Below, in pieces: positions 35,466-45,592 of a DNA stretch of 64,000 nucleotides. Source of the stretch: Devosia sp. GTDB lineage: Bacteria; Pseudomonadota; Alphaproteobacteria; Rhizobiales; Devosiaceae. Location: assembly GCF_036563435.1 (NCBI RefSeq), contig NZ_DATCMJ010000006.1, positions 63,995-127,994 of the forward strand, in the 5' to 3' direction. The notes beneath the pieces were generated by a model. It saw nothing but the letters and a program-made list of their open reading frames with translations, had not been told where the DNA came from and did not search any database. Within the stretch, counting starts at the first letter, position 1, and each line of letters starts with the position of its first letter. The position numbers and the translations under genes are program-made.

Positions 35466-36869
35466 ATGAGCGGCACGAGCCTCAAGTTCGGGACCAGCGG
35501 ATTGCGCGGCCTGGCAGTGGACCTGGAAGGACAGGCTGCGCGGCGCTATACGGCCGCCTTCCTCCGCCACCTCGAGAAACTGGGTCAGGCCGGCGGCGGC
35601 ACGGTGTTCATCGGCCGCGATTTTCGCCCGTCGAGCCACGCCATCATGCGTGACTGCGCTGCCGCCATTGCTGCTGCAGGGTTGACGCCGGTGGATTGCG
35701 GTGCGGTACCGACGCCAGCCCTGGCGCTCCATGCCATGGCTGCAGGATGCGCGGCGATCATGGTGACCGGCAGCCATATCCCCTCGGATCGCAACGGGCT
35801 GAAGTTTTACCTGCCCGTCGGCGAGATCAGCAAAGCGGACGAGGCAGGGATCCTCGCTGAACTGCGCAATGAAATGGTTGCCGATCTTGTCGGGGACGTC
35901 GCCGACGCGTTCGACGCGGCTACTGAGCGCTACTTCGAACGTTGTGCGTCGCTGCTGCCGAAGGGCGCGCTGAGCGGCTGGCGCATTGGGGTCTTCGAAC
36001 ACTCCACGGTCGCGCGCGACTTGCTGAAGCGGATCGTCGTGCACTATGGCGGGGACGCTGTTCCGCTGGGCCGGAGCGATGTCTTCGTGGCCGTGGATAC
36101 TGAAGCGTTCGGCGACGAGGTCTTCGCCCCGCTGCCGCAGTGGATTGCCGAGCAGCGTCTCGATGCCTTGATCTCGGCCGATGGCGATGGCGATCGGCCC
36201 TTGCTGATGGACGCCGCGGGGCAGTTCGTGCGTGGCGATGTTCTGGGGCTGATCACGGCGCGCTATCTTGGTGCACAGACGGTGGTCACGCCCGTGACCT
36301 CCAATTCGGGTATCGAGCGGACCGGATCCTTTTCGCGGGTGCTCCGTACGCGCGTTGGATCGCCCTATGTGATCGAAGCCATGACCGGGGCTCCGGGTTC
36401 GGTCATTGGCTTCGAGGCCAATGGCGGGACCTTTGTTGGCGACAAGGTCACGGCGGCCGGAGTCCCGCTGCCGGCGTTGCCGACCCGCGATGCCCTATTG
36501 CCGCTGCTCTGTGTGCTTGGCCTGGCAGCTGGCAAGGACACCAGTGTCGATGCACTGGTCCGGCAACTGCCGTTGCAGCACGCGCTGGCGGACCGGCTGC
36601 AGAACGTGCCGAGCGAACGAAGCGCTGCTTTCCTATCCAGGCTGTCAAGCGACAGCGACTATGCCGCCACAATCTTCGAGCCGCATGGCATTGCCGACCT
36701 GTCGCAGATTGACGGCCTGCAGTTCCGCACCCGTTCGGGGGACATGGTGCACTTCCGTGCGTCCGGCAATGCGCCCGAGCTGCGCTGCTATGTCGAGGGG
36801 AGCACGCCCGAAGTGGCAGAGGCGCTGCTGGCCTGGGGCATGGCTGCGGCTGCACGCGCAGTGGCCTAA
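35466..36869 (+). CDS. Phosphomannomutase/phosphoglucomutase (alpha-D-phosphohexomutase family)
   Basis: Contains FGTSGLRG, the active-site Ser loop MVTGSHIPSDRNGLKF, the metal loop SADGDGDRP, and FEANGG. Confidence 0.88.
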   Translation: MSGTSLKFGTSGLRGLAVDLEGQAARRYTAAFLRHLEKLGQAGGGTVFIGRDFRPSSHAIMRDCAAAIAAAGLTPVDCGAVPTPALALHAMAAGCAAIMVTGSHIPSDRNGLKFYLPVGEISKADEAGILAELRNEMVADLVGDVADAFDAATERYFERCASLLPKGALSGWRIGVFEHSTVARDLLKRIVVHYGGDAVPLGRSDVFVAVDTEAFGDEVFAPLPQWIAEQRLDALISADGDGDRPLLMDAAGQFVRGDVLGLITARYLGAQTVVTPVTSNSGIERTGSFSRVLRTRVGSPYVIEAMTGAPGSVIGFEANGGTFVGDKVTAAGVPLPALPTRDALLPLLCVLGLAAGKDTSVDALVRQLPLQHALADRLQNVPSERSAAFLSRLSSDSDYAATIFEPHGIADLSQIDGLQFRTRSGDMVHFRASGNAPELRCYVEGSTPEVAEALLAWGMAAAARAVA

Positions 36870-36876
36870 AGAAGCG

Positions 36877-36898
36877 GGGGCCGCCTAGAGGCGGCCCC
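36877..36898. terminator. GC-rich hairpin between convergent genes
   Basis: The hairpin is ggggccgcc-taga-ggcggcccc. The T-tract is weak. Confidence 0.5.
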
Positions 36899-36905
36899 TG
36901 TTCAA

Positions 36906-38693
36906 TTACTTTGCCGTGGCGTCGACGACGACCTTGCTGACCAAGACGCTTGGATCCTGTTCGGCAGCCATGAAATCCACCAAACCGATTCCTGCTGCGT
37001 CCTTGGCGGTCATGTCGATGGCCAAGTGCTTGGCCTTGCCGCTGACAAAGCTGCTGACGGCTGCGCCAACCTTCTGGGCCTCGGCGGCACCAGCCAGAAC
37101 GCTGATGATGGAGCCTTCCGCCAGACCTGCAAAGACGGGTCGCATGGTGGCTGGGTCTGAACCCTGGTCGGCGGCAACGCTGGCAAGGATGATGTCGGAG
37201 AGACCTTCGTCATGGACATCCAGCGTCAGGTTCCGAATAGCGAGGGCCATGGTTGCCGCCAGTCCCTCGTTCTCATCGGCGCTGAACAGGGCTTCCGTCG
37301 CGTTCGCAAGGGTTCCGCTCAGCACGACGGTCGCCAGATCGGCGCCGGTGATCGATAGTTCTTCGATCGCGATGGTTTCCTCAGCCTCGCTCCAGGCTGC
37401 GTTGAAGGTGAAGCCGGTATCGATGCTGGTGATGCCGAGGTCGATCAGCTGCTGCAGTTGCTCATCCTCGGTGTCGGCGGGGAGGTCGAAAACGATGTTC
37501 TCGGCCGAGGTCGCCACGTCCGTGGGCATGCCGTTGAGATAGCTGCCCAGGGTCAGGTCAAAGCTGCCGACGCTGGCGACTATCCGGTTGCCCTCCATTT
37601 CGGGGTCCGGGATGTCCATGCTGAAGTCGCTGAAGGAAAAGCCTTCGAAGGCGGGGATCAGCGCACGGGCATTCTCCGTGAACCAGGCTTCGTCCAGCAC
37701 TTCAGGTGCATCCTGCAGCACCGCCAAAGGACCGCTGAGGTCCATCTGCTTGATCGTTACATTGCCCAGGGTGAAGGAGCCTTCGCCCTCGACGTCCACC
37801 ACGAAACCATCCATGGAGACTTCGGGATAGACGCCCGGGCTCATGCCACCCATCGACATGCCGGCGATGCTGAAGCTCATCGGCTTGCCGTCTTCCTCAC
37901 CGGAGCAGTCGAAGCCGTCAAAGGTCGCCGGGGTGGTTTCGAATGCGGTGAACATATCGGCATAGAGCCGCACAAGCGCACCCATGACCTGGGGCGAGGG
38001 TGTTTCATCCTCTTCCAGCGAGGAGAGCAGCGCGTAAGCGTCAGCGAAGGAGGAACCGAGCGGCCGCGCCTTGAGCTCGCCAACTTCCATGGCGCCCATG
38101 GTGCACGACATTTCAGGCGCTTCGAAGGTGCCGCCTTCAAAGGTAAAGTCGCTATAAATGGTCTTGAGCTCGGTGCTGCCATCGGACTCGACCAAGCCGT
38201 AGAGCGCGAGCATGCCGGCAATGTCGAAATTGGTGGCGGAGAGTTCGCCGAAATCGGCGGAGCCTTCTTCCCCAGCATCCATGGCGACGCCGCCCAGCGA
38301 CACTGAGGCGGCACGGCCATCGACCACATCGTTCATGACGAAATTGTTGAAGGTCATGGTGGTGTCGCGCGTTTCCCCATCGACCTCTGTCGTTACATCG
38401 AGGATGATTTCCGGGATGGTAATGCTGGCGGCATCGAGGCCAGCGAGGGCTTCAGCATTGTCGACCAACTGGCCGCTGAAGATGTCGCGCAAGGTTTCGT
38501 CATCGACATTGGAGTCGAGGGTCTCGATTTCGGGGATGCTCAGTTCGTAGGACGAGAGCGGCGCGGCCTCTGCAGCCGTGCCCTTGTTCTTGACCTTTTG
38601 GGCCAGGGCAACATTTGCCGGCAGGGCAACGCTGAGGAGGCAGGCGGTGGCAAAAAGAGCGATTCCGCGCCCGGCTGTGGTGGTGGATACCAT
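36906..38693 (-). CDS. Hypothetical secreted, strongly acidic protein (~595 aa)
   Basis: GGGAGA lies upstream of ATG 38693. The signal peptide is MVSTTTAGRGIALFATACLLSVALPANVALA. The mature part is D/E/T/S-rich with no motif I recognise. Confidence 0.6.
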   Translation of the reverse strand: MVSTTTAGRGIALFATACLLSVALPANVALAQKVKNKGTAAEAAPLSSYELSIPEIETLDSNVDDETLRDIFSGQLVDNAEALAGLDAASITIPEIILDVTTEVDGETRDTTMTFNNFVMNDVVDGRAASVSLGGVAMDAGEEGSADFGELSATNFDIAGMLALYGLVESDGSTELKTIYSDFTFEGGTFEAPEMSCTMGAMEVGELKARPLGSSFADAYALLSSLEEDETPSPQVMGALVRLYADMFTAFETTPATFDGFDCSGEEDGKPMSFSIAGMSMGGMSPGVYPEVSMDGFVVDVEGEGSFTLGNVTIKQMDLSGPLAVLQDAPEVLDEAWFTENARALIPAFEGFSFSDFSMDIPDPEMEGNRIVASVGSFDLTLGSYLNGMPTDVATSAENIVFDLPADTEDEQLQQLIDLGITSIDTGFTFNAAWSEAEETIAIEELSITGADLATVVLSGTLANATEALFSADENEGLAATMALAIRNLTLDVHDEGLSDIILASVAADQGSDPATMRPVFAGLAEGSIISVLAGAAEAQKVGAAVSSFVSGKAKHLAIDMTAKDAAGIGLVDFMAAEQDPSVLVSKVVVDATAK

Positions 38694-38775
38694 CGTACAT
38701 TCTCCCAAAGGGGTTTTCGGCATGTGATCGACGCGCCGTTCCGATAATTTCCTCGATAGGCGCTAGAAGTGACGT

Positions 38776-39771
38776 TCAGTAGACGGTCGTCAAGACCTCG
38801 ATCTCCTGCGCAGGACCGGGCCGGACTTGAAATTCAAGGTCGAAGACCTGTTCCCCCTGTTTGGCCAGCACAACATAGTCTCCCTCCGCCAGAACCGTGG
38901 ACGGAAAAGCGCCCAGCTCGGTGAACAGTGTCTCACCCGCGGCAGCTTTGACCGTCCACTCCACGTCGGCAATGGCTTCGCCGCCCGCTTCGGAGACGAG
39001 CTTGAATGAAACCTGGCTGGCGTGGTGGTAGAGCGTCGCGTCCGTCAACTGGCCAGCTTCGACCCGCAGGTCTGCCCGCACGACGGCGTTGATGGTGCCG
39101 AAGTGCGAGACAATGTGGTAGGTGCCGGCGTTGAGAGTGACAATGTCGTTCGGTCGCACGGCTTCGGCAATCGGTGTGCGGCTGCCTTCGTCTCCTGATG
39201 TCAGGATGTCGAAGGTCGAAAGATCGGGCGGGATGGCAATGTCATCGGTGACTGCGGCGTTGAGCCGTAGAGCACCGGCCTCCAGCACGAAGGTCTTCTG
39301 GTTGGCGCCCGGCGCAACTGACAAGGGCTCGCTGGTCTGCGCCCGGCCATAGGCGACGTGAACTACGTATTCCCCAGGGGGAAGCTGCACGGTCGGTTGA
39401 CCCAGTTCAGACTTGGCGACAAGTGCCAGTTCGCCCGTGGCATCGGGTACCGTGTCGAAAACGCGCCAGACCAACCCTTCCGGGATTGCAGGTCCGTCAG
39501 GGGTGATGCTTGCCGTCAAGGTCACCGGCTGTGGAGCAGAGGTGAGCGCAGTAATGGCATCGGTAGCAGGCGTGTCCGAGCCTTGATTGCCGGCAGGCGC
39601 GGTTCTCTGCGGCAAACTATCAGGATCGGGGCGAGGCCGCGGCAAAGGGGGAATATCTCCCTTGCCAGCTTCACCGGTCTCCTGCGCCATGACGGGAATT
39701 TGGAGGAGGCAAGCAGGCACTACTGCGACGGCCAGCACAAGAAGAAGAGCTAGGATTGGTCGCAGGCGCAT
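38776..39771 (-). CDS. Hypothetical secreted protein with a Pro-rich linker and three tandem ~80-aa modules
   Basis: The signal peptide is MRLRPILALLLVLAVAVVPACLL and the linker is PPLPRPRPDPDSLP. Three modules follow, each carrying a G-[ETD]-Y-x-V/I motif (PPGEYVVHV, NAGTYHIVS, AEGDYVVLA). Confidence 0.6.
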   Translation of the reverse strand: MRLRPILALLLVLAVAVVPACLLQIPVMAQETGEAGKGDIPPLPRPRPDPDSLPQRTAPAGNQGSDTPATDAITALTSAPQPVTLTASITPDGPAIPEGLVWRVFDTVPDATGELALVAKSELGQPTVQLPPGEYVVHVAYGRAQTSEPLSVAPGANQKTFVLEAGALRLNAAVTDDIAIPPDLSTFDILTSGDEGSRTPIAEAVRPNDIVTLNAGTYHIVSHFGTINAVVRADLRVEAGQLTDATLYHHASQVSFKLVSEAGGEAIADVEWTVKAAAGETLFTELGAFPSTVLAEGDYVVLAKQGEQVFDLEFQVRPGPAQEIEVLTTVY

Positions 39772-39939
39772 CGGGGTTCCCGGGAAGCAAGGATCGGCAT
39801 TTGGTCGTCATAGGCTACGATTGGGAAGAAGCTGTGTCACAGAGCCAGACGGATGAAAACACTGGAAGTGAGGCCGGGCCAAATTATCGGTGCACCGCCG
39901 CCTGATTGCCGCTATGGCTCACGGCAAAGGAGACACCCC

Positions 39940-40521
39940 ATGCCACCCAATGCCTCGACGCGTGACTACCTGCTGACGCGGCGTTCAGTGGGCATAGCGT
40001 TCCTCAAGGAGCCGGGTCCGAACGCGAGCGAACTGGAGCAATTGCTGACGATCGGCACGCGCGTGCCCGATCATGGCAAGATCAATCCGTGGCGGGTGGT
40101 GGTGATAGAGGGCGATGCGCGGGCAGAGGTGGGCGCCAGGTTGGCGGAGATTCATGCGCGCCGCAATCCGGCAGCGGATGAAGCCAGCCTGGAAATCGAG
40201 CGGCAACGGTTCTTGCCAGCGCCGCTCACCCTGGTGGTGATCTCGTCGCCCAAGGAGCATCCCAAGGTGCCCGAGTTCGAGCAGTTGCTGTCGGCGGGCA
40301 ATGTGGCATTCAACCTGGTTCATGGCGCGCATGCGCTGGGCTTTGCCGCATCGTGGGTTACGCGCTGGTTCGCCTTTGATGAAGAAGCAGCGGCGATGCT
40401 TAGCGTGGCGCCAGGGGAGCGCATCGTCGGGATTGTGCATGTCGGGACGCCGACTACCACGATAGGGGACCGTCCCCGTCCGGCTCTGGACGAGGTGGTG
40501 AGCTACTGGGGGCGGAAGTAA
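39940..40521 (+). CDS. Nitroreductase-family protein
   Basis: Reads MPPNASTRDYLLTRRSVGIAFLKEPGPNASELEQLLTIGTRVPDHGKINPWRVVVIEG...AGNVAFNLVHGAHALGFAASWVT. AAGGAGA lies upstream of the ATG at 39940. Confidence 0.85.
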   Translation: MPPNASTRDYLLTRRSVGIAFLKEPGPNASELEQLLTIGTRVPDHGKINPWRVVVIEGDARAEVGARLAEIHARRNPAADEASLEIERQRFLPAPLTLVVISSPKEHPKVPEFEQLLSAGNVAFNLVHGAHALGFAASWVTRWFAFDEEAAAMLSVAPGERIVGIVHVGTPTTTIGDRPRPALDEVVSYWGRK

Positions 40522-40602
40522 GTACCTGGCAAGGTTGGTTAATGGGCGGTTAACCGTTGGCGGCTATGGTGGCCGGAGCGAATCTGCGGGACGAGCCTTC
40601 CG

Positions 40603-41397
40603 ATGGGCGTACAGCCAATCTCGGTGCCACAAAGCCTTGCTTATGTGCTGACGGCGGCGGGTGACCGGAACGGCGTCGATTTCGACTACCTGCTCCAAAC
40701 CGCCATCCGCGAAAGCAGCCTCAATCCGCAGGCGAAGGCGCAAACCTCTTCGGCGACGGGGCTTTTCCAGTTCCTGGAGGCCACCTGGTTGCAGGTTCTC
40801 AAGGAAGAGGGTCCGCGGCTGGGCTATGGCGAAATCGCTGGGCAAATCTCGCGGACCGGAGACGGTGACTATGTGGTGGCCGACCCGCAAGCGCGGGCGC
40901 AGATCCTGGAGCTGCGCAAGGACCCGCAAATGGCGGCAGACCTGGCTGCGGCCTTCACCAAGTCGAACGGAGAGTATCTGGAGGCCCGGTTCGGCCGGCG
41001 GCCCAGCGCGGGAGAGCTCTATATCGCGCATTTTCTGGGGGCGCAGGGCGCCGAAAGGATGTTCAACGCGGGTCTGCAAGATCCCGACCAGATCGCGGCC
41101 AACCTTTTTCCCAAGCAGGCGGCTGCAAACCGGGCGATCTTTTACTCTGACGGGCAGCCACGAACCATCCGCGATGTTTATCGCGTCCTGGTGGCCAAGC
41201 ACGAGGGCGGCGAGGTCAATGCCGCGTTTTCGGCGCAGCAGATGGCCAGCCAGCCGCAGGCCCCCGAAGCGCCGGTCGTGCCCTCCCGCTTTTCACCCGC
41301 CAACATGTCCTTTTCCGGCCTCTTCAAGAACGAAGAGGAAGTGCCAACAGGCACGAGCGACGGTGGCGGTTTTTTCACCCAGCTCTACGCCCAGTAG
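40603..41397 (+). CDS. SLT-domain (lytic transglycosylase-like) protein
   Basis: LLQTAIRESSLNPQAKAQTSSATGLFQFLEATW carries the catalytic E-S and GLxQ motifs of family 1 transglycosylases. Confidence 0.7.
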   Translation: MGVQPISVPQSLAYVLTAAGDRNGVDFDYLLQTAIRESSLNPQAKAQTSSATGLFQFLEATWLQVLKEEGPRLGYGEIAGQISRTGDGDYVVADPQARAQILELRKDPQMAADLAAAFTKSNGEYLEARFGRRPSAGELYIAHFLGAQGAERMFNAGLQDPDQIAANLFPKQAAANRAIFYSDGQPRTIRDVYRVLVAKHEGGEVNAAFSAQQMASQPQAPEAPVVPSRFSPANMSFSGLFKNEEEVPTGTSDGGGFFTQLYAQ

Positions 41398-41485
41398 AGT
41401 GGTTAGCAAGGTGTTGCCCGACGGGGTGAACCGTTCCTTAAATCTTGGCGGCTAGGATGATCTTCGCCGGCGTGCGGAGAGTGGA

Positions 41486-42688
41486 ATGGTTGCGTATCAA
41501 GAGTTCATGTCGCTATCGCAGTCGCCCGACAGCGAAGAGCGCGGCAGCGCGGCCCACCTGGCTGCACTGGCCTACTTGAATCACACCGGACCTGCCGACG
41601 AGCATGCTGCCCTCTATGCAGCGCTGATGGGCTTTCTCGATGATCCTTCGGTGAAGGTGCGGGCTGCACTCGCCTATGGCCTGCTGCATTCAGTCGAGGC
41701 GCCACGGCCGATCATCCTGGCGCTGCTGCATGACAGCGCCATCATTGCCCGCGCGGTTATCCAGTATTCGCCAGTGCTGATCGATGCAGACCTCGTCGGT
41801 TTGATCAAGACGATGGACCTGCCCATGCTGATGGCCGTGAGCCAGCGGGCAACCTTGAGCACGCGCCTGGCGGCCAGCATCATCGAGCGGGGGCAGGCTC
41901 CGGTCACACTCGGCATCCTGCGCCGGCATGACGTTGCACTCGGCGAGGCGGTTCTTCTTGACTTGACTTCAAGGCATAGCGACGAGGCGGAGATGCGCGG
42001 CGCTTTGCTGGCGCGCAAGGACTTGCCATCTGCGGCACGCCTACAACTGGTGCAGAAGGTCTCGGCCGTCTTGCGGACCGCTCGCATCGTGTGCGGTGCT
42101 GTCGGCGAAGACCGCTTGGCCCGCTTGCTGCGCAACAGTTGCGACACCGCTCTTGCGGCGATCGGCGAACGAGAGGTCATCAAGGGTGGCGGCACCTATG
42201 CCAGCGACCTGATCGTTGGTGACAAGGTCAATACGAGGGTGCTGCTGCATGCGGTGGTGACCGGGCATGTCATGTTCTTTGCCGAGTGTCTGGCGGAGTT
42301 GGCACAGACGCCCCGGCACAAGGTGTTTACCTTGCTGGAGGGCGGAAGCCGTCCGGCGCTGCATGCCCTGCTGGTTCGCTGCGGCTTGGGCGAGGGGGTG
42401 CGCAATCTCCTGGCGCGCCTGGTGCTGCATGCGCGGACCAGCGATCTCGCGGACGATGCCGGGGCCCGGCATTACGTGGTGACGGCAGTGACCGAGGAAT
42501 TGATCGCCGAACATGGCGGGGTGATCCCCGAGGAGCTGGAGGAGGCCTTTGCCTATCTCAGCGAGCAGAACATCATCCTGGCGCGCAGCGCGGCGCGGGG
42601 CGTGATGGCGGCTTTTGCGCTTGACGCCATCAACCCCATGGCTTTGCCGGACGTAGAGACTGACCGGCTGTCGCTGCCGGCAGCCTAG
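41486..42688 (+). CDS. DUF2336 domain-containing protein (HEAT-like helical repeats)
   Basis: [17 protein letters not shown]...[57 protein letters not shown] matches the alphaproteobacterial DUF2336 pattern as I recall it. Confidence 0.75.
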   Translation: MVAYQEFMSLSQSPDSEERGSAAHLAALAYLNHTGPADEHAALYAALMGFLDDPSVKVRAALAYGLLHSVEAPRPIILALLHDSAIIARAVIQYSPVLIDADLVGLIKTMDLPMLMAVSQRATLSTRLAASIIERGQAPVTLGILRRHDVALGEAVLLDLTSRHSDEAEMRGALLARKDLPSAARLQLVQKVSAVLRTARIVCGAVGEDRLARLLRNSCDTALAAIGEREVIKGGGTYASDLIVGDKVNTRVLLHAVVTGHVMFFAECLAELAQTPRHKVFTLLEGGSRPALHALLVRCGLGEGVRNLLARLVLHARTSDLADDAGARHYVVTAVTEELIAEHGGVIPEELEEAFAYLSEQNIILARSAARGVMAAFALDAINPMALPDVETDRLSLPAA

Positions 42689-43461
42689 AAACGGAACTGC
42701 TCGCTGAGGACGCGCTCTTCGAGGCTGGTGCCTGGATCGAACAGCAAGGTCACGCCCTGCGTCCGATCCTCCTTGATGGTGACTTCAAGGACGTTCTGGA
42801 ATTCCACGTTGTCAGCCACGGCGCTGACGGGGCGCTTGCCTGCTTCACGGGTAATGAAGCGCACCACGGCACCATTGGAGAGGATGGCTCCGCGCCAACG
42901 GCGTGGCCGGAAGGGCGAGATCGGGGTCAGGGCCAGCAATTCCGCCTCGATGGGCAGGATGGGACCATGGGCGGAGAGGTTATAGGCGGTGGAGCCGGCC
43001 GGCGTGGACAGCAGCACGCCGTCGCAGATCAGCTCCTCGAGACGTGTTTCTCCGTCGACAATGATCTGGATCTTGGCCGCCTGATAGGTGGAGCGGAACA
43101 GCGAGACCTCGTTGAGGGCCAAGGCTGTCTGCGTCTTGCCCGCGGTGTCCACCACATCCATGGAGAGTGGGAAGATACGGGTGCGCTGCACGAGATCGAG
43201 CCGCTGGTCGAGGTTGTCCTCGGAGAAGGCATTCATCATGAAGCCGACCGATCCGAAGTTCATCCCGTAGACCGGGATGCCGGTTCGCATGACCCGGTGG
43301 AGGGTCTGCAGCATGAGGCCGTCACCGCCCAGGGCCACGACCACGTCAGCCACATCCAGGGGGTAATCGCCATAGCGGGCCTTGAGACGTGTGGCAGCTG
43401 CATCGGCCTCAGGCGTACCATTGGTCACAAAGCAGATCCGGTTGTTAGGTGGGCTGGACAC
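42685..43461 (-). CDS. nadK: NAD kinase
   Basis: Contains [29 protein letters not shown], and [21 protein letters not shown]. Confidence 0.93.
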   Translation of the reverse strand: MSSPPNNRICFVTNGTPEADAAATRLKARYGDYPLDVADVVVALGGDGLMLQTLHRVMRTGIPVYGMNFGSVGFMMNAFSEDNLDQRLDLVQRTRIFPLSMDVVDTAGKTQTALALNEVSLFRSTYQAAKIQIIVDGETRLEELICDGVLLSTPAGSTAYNLSAHGPILPIEAELLALTPISPFRPRRWRGAILSNGAVVRFITREAGKRPVSAVADNVEFQNVLEVTIKEDRTQGVTLLFDPGTSLEERVLSEQFRF

Positions 43462-43561
43462 AAGTGGTCTCCGCTACAAGGCGCGATTGCCTAGCATGAG
43501 GCGCAGGGGCGTTTCCAGCGCCAGCCCCCGGCTGACGCTTGGATGGACGCTGGCGATAGGA

Positions 43562-45592
43562 TTAGCTGGACTGCAGAACGGTTCGGAGCGCCTGAAGCAG
43601 CGCAGTTCGCGTGAAGGGCTTGGTCAGGAGAGGAACGTCCCCGGGGCGTTTGGCGATGTCCTCAACATCGGCAAAGCCACTGATGATCACGGCTGGCCAC
43701 TCGGCCCGCATGGAGCGCGCGGTGGTGATGAGATCCAATCCGGACATGCTGGGCATGGCGTAATCAGTGACGATGACGTCGAAACGGGTTTCGCTGCTGC
43801 TGATGATCTCCAAAGCCTCGACGCCACTAGCCGCGCAGGTCACCTGATAGCCGGCGTCGGACAGGTGCATGCGCGTGAGGTCGCGCAGGCCCACCGCATC
43901 GTCGACCAGGAGCACGGTCTGCCCGGACGCCACCAGCGGCTCGGCCTCGCCACCCAGGGAAGGTGCGTCCTCTTCGGCGTCACTCCTCGACCGGGGCAGC
44001 CAGACTTCCACGACGGTGCCCGATCCCAGTTCGCTGTGAACGCGAAGGCTGCCGCCTGACTGCTGGGCAAAGCCCAGGACGGAGCTCAGGCCCAGGCCGG
44101 TGCCCTTGCCAGGATCCTTGGTGGTGAAGAAGGGCTCGAGGACGCGCTGCAGTAGGTCGGGCGGAATGCCGGCACCGGTATCGGCCACGGACAGCAGTAC
44201 ATAGTCGCCCTGAGCCAGTTCGCCCTGCTTTTCGGCTAGGTGCCGATTGCTTCCCGAGACCGTGACGGTGCCACCGTTGGGCATGGCGTCGCGGGCGTTG
44301 ATCACGAGGTTCATCAGTGCCAGCTCGAGTTCGCCACTGTCCACAAAGGCTGGCCAAAGGTCTTCGTCCAATTCCCACTTGAGGGTGACCAAGCCACCAA
44401 GAACGGGTCCGAGCATGCCGTCGAGGGCGCGGGCGGCGTCCGCGACCCGAACAACTTCGGGTTGCAGGTGCTGGCGCCGGGAAAAGGTCAGCATGCGGTT
44501 GACGAGATGCGTGCCTTGCTGAGCGGCGTGGCGCATCATGCCCAGGACCTTTTGCCCGCGCTCGTCGAGGTCGCTCCGCCGTTCAAGGAGCCCGACGCCA
44601 CTCAAGATCGACGCGAGAAGATTGTTGAAGTCGTGCGCGATGCCACCGGTCAGTTTTCCAATGGCGTCCAGCTTTTGCGACTGGAGCAACTGATCCTGAA
44701 GACGGCGCTGTTCGGTGATGTCGCGCAGGGTGCCGACCCAGGTTCCTTGGCGTCCCGACACCGGCACCCGCTGATCGACGAATACTCGATAGGCGCCGTC
44801 GCGATGCTGCCAGCGATATTCACCCGCTGCGACATCGGCAGACGCCAGCCACGCAGCCTGATCATCAGCGTGGATGCGATCTCGCCAAACTTCCGGACTG
44901 GCTTCGAATGCTTCGGCCGAAAAGCCGGTCAGACTTTCGACGTCGCCAGCGATGAAGACGGGCGTGTTGCTGCCGGTGGTGATCTGGAACACGGCCAGGG
45001 GCAGGGAGCGCAACAGGAGTGCCTGCCGTTCTTCCGCCTCGCGGAGCGCCTGGTCGATCTTGAAACGCTCGGCCTGGGCCTTGAGCGTCTCCTGCAGCAG
45101 CGCCTGCTCGCGCCGGGCGTTACGCTCAATCTCCCGGGTCTTTTCGTAAAGACTGACGAAGACCGAAACCTTGGAGCGCAGTATGACCGGGTCGACCGGC
45201 TTGAACACGAAGTCGACGGCGCCGCTGTCATACCCGCGCATCAGGTGGGCGTCTTCCTTGTTGATGGCAGTTAGGAAGATGATCGGTGTGTCGTGCGACT
45301 GCTCGCGCATCCGCACCAGCTTGGCCGTCTCGTAACCGTCCAGCCCTGGCATCAGGACGTCCAGCAGGATAACCGCGAATTGCCCCTTGAGGAGGTGCCG
45401 AAGGGCCTCGGCGCCGGAGTCGGCGGTGACGATCTCCGCTACGTCTTCAAGGACCTCGCTCAAGGCAAGAAGGTTGCGCTGGTCATCGTCGACTAGGAGA
45501 ACACGCGGGCGGGCAGTCATATGCGGCTCCTCCGCCCCCGATGTGGGTTCCGGCACGATCGCTACGGCAGCATCGGCTAAGGAAAGGCTCAT
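43562..45592 (-). CDS. Hybrid sensor histidine kinase/response regulator (REC - coiled coil - PAS - HisKA - HATPase - REC)
   Basis: N-terminal REC reads [15 protein letters not shown]...[14 protein letters not shown]. The H-box is [14 protein letters not shown], the N/G boxes are [12 protein letters not shown] and DTGAGI...GTGLGLS, and the C-terminal REC is TVLLVDDA...[13 protein letters not shown]. Its ATG overlaps the upstream kinase stop (ATGA). Confidence 0.92.
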   Translation of the reverse strand: MSLSLADAAVAIVPEPTSGAEEPHMTARPRVLLVDDDQRNLLALSEVLEDVAEIVTADSGAEALRHLLKGQFAVILLDVLMPGLDGYETAKLVRMREQSHDTPIIFLTAINKEDAHLMRGYDSGAVDFVFKPVDPVILRSKVSVFVSLYEKTREIERNARREQALLQETLKAQAERFKIDQALREAEERQALLLRSLPLAVFQITTGSNTPVFIAGDVESLTGFSAEAFEASPEVWRDRIHADDQAAWLASADVAAGEYRWQHRDGAYRVFVDQRVPVSGRQGTWVGTLRDITEQRRLQDQLLQSQKLDAIGKLTGGIAHDFNNLLASILSGVGLLERRSDLDERGQKVLGMMRHAAQQGTHLVNRMLTFSRRQHLQPEVVRVADAARALDGMLGPVLGGLVTLKWELDEDLWPAFVDSGELELALMNLVINARDAMPNGGTVTVSGSNRHLAEKQGELAQGDYVLLSVADTGAGIPPDLLQRVLEPFFTTKDPGKGTGLGLSSVLGFAQQSGGSLRVHSELGSGTVVEVWLPRSRSDAEEDAPSLGGEAEPLVASGQTVLLVDDAVGLRDLTRMHLSDAGYQVTCAASGVEALEIISSSETRFDVIVTDYAMPSMSGLDLITTARSMRAEWPAVIISGFADVEDIAKRPGDVPLLTKPFTRTALLQALRTVLQSS

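Noticed and set aside
35205-36044. 279-aa minus-strand ORF
   Set aside because: It is antisense to arfB and the phosphomannomutase gene.
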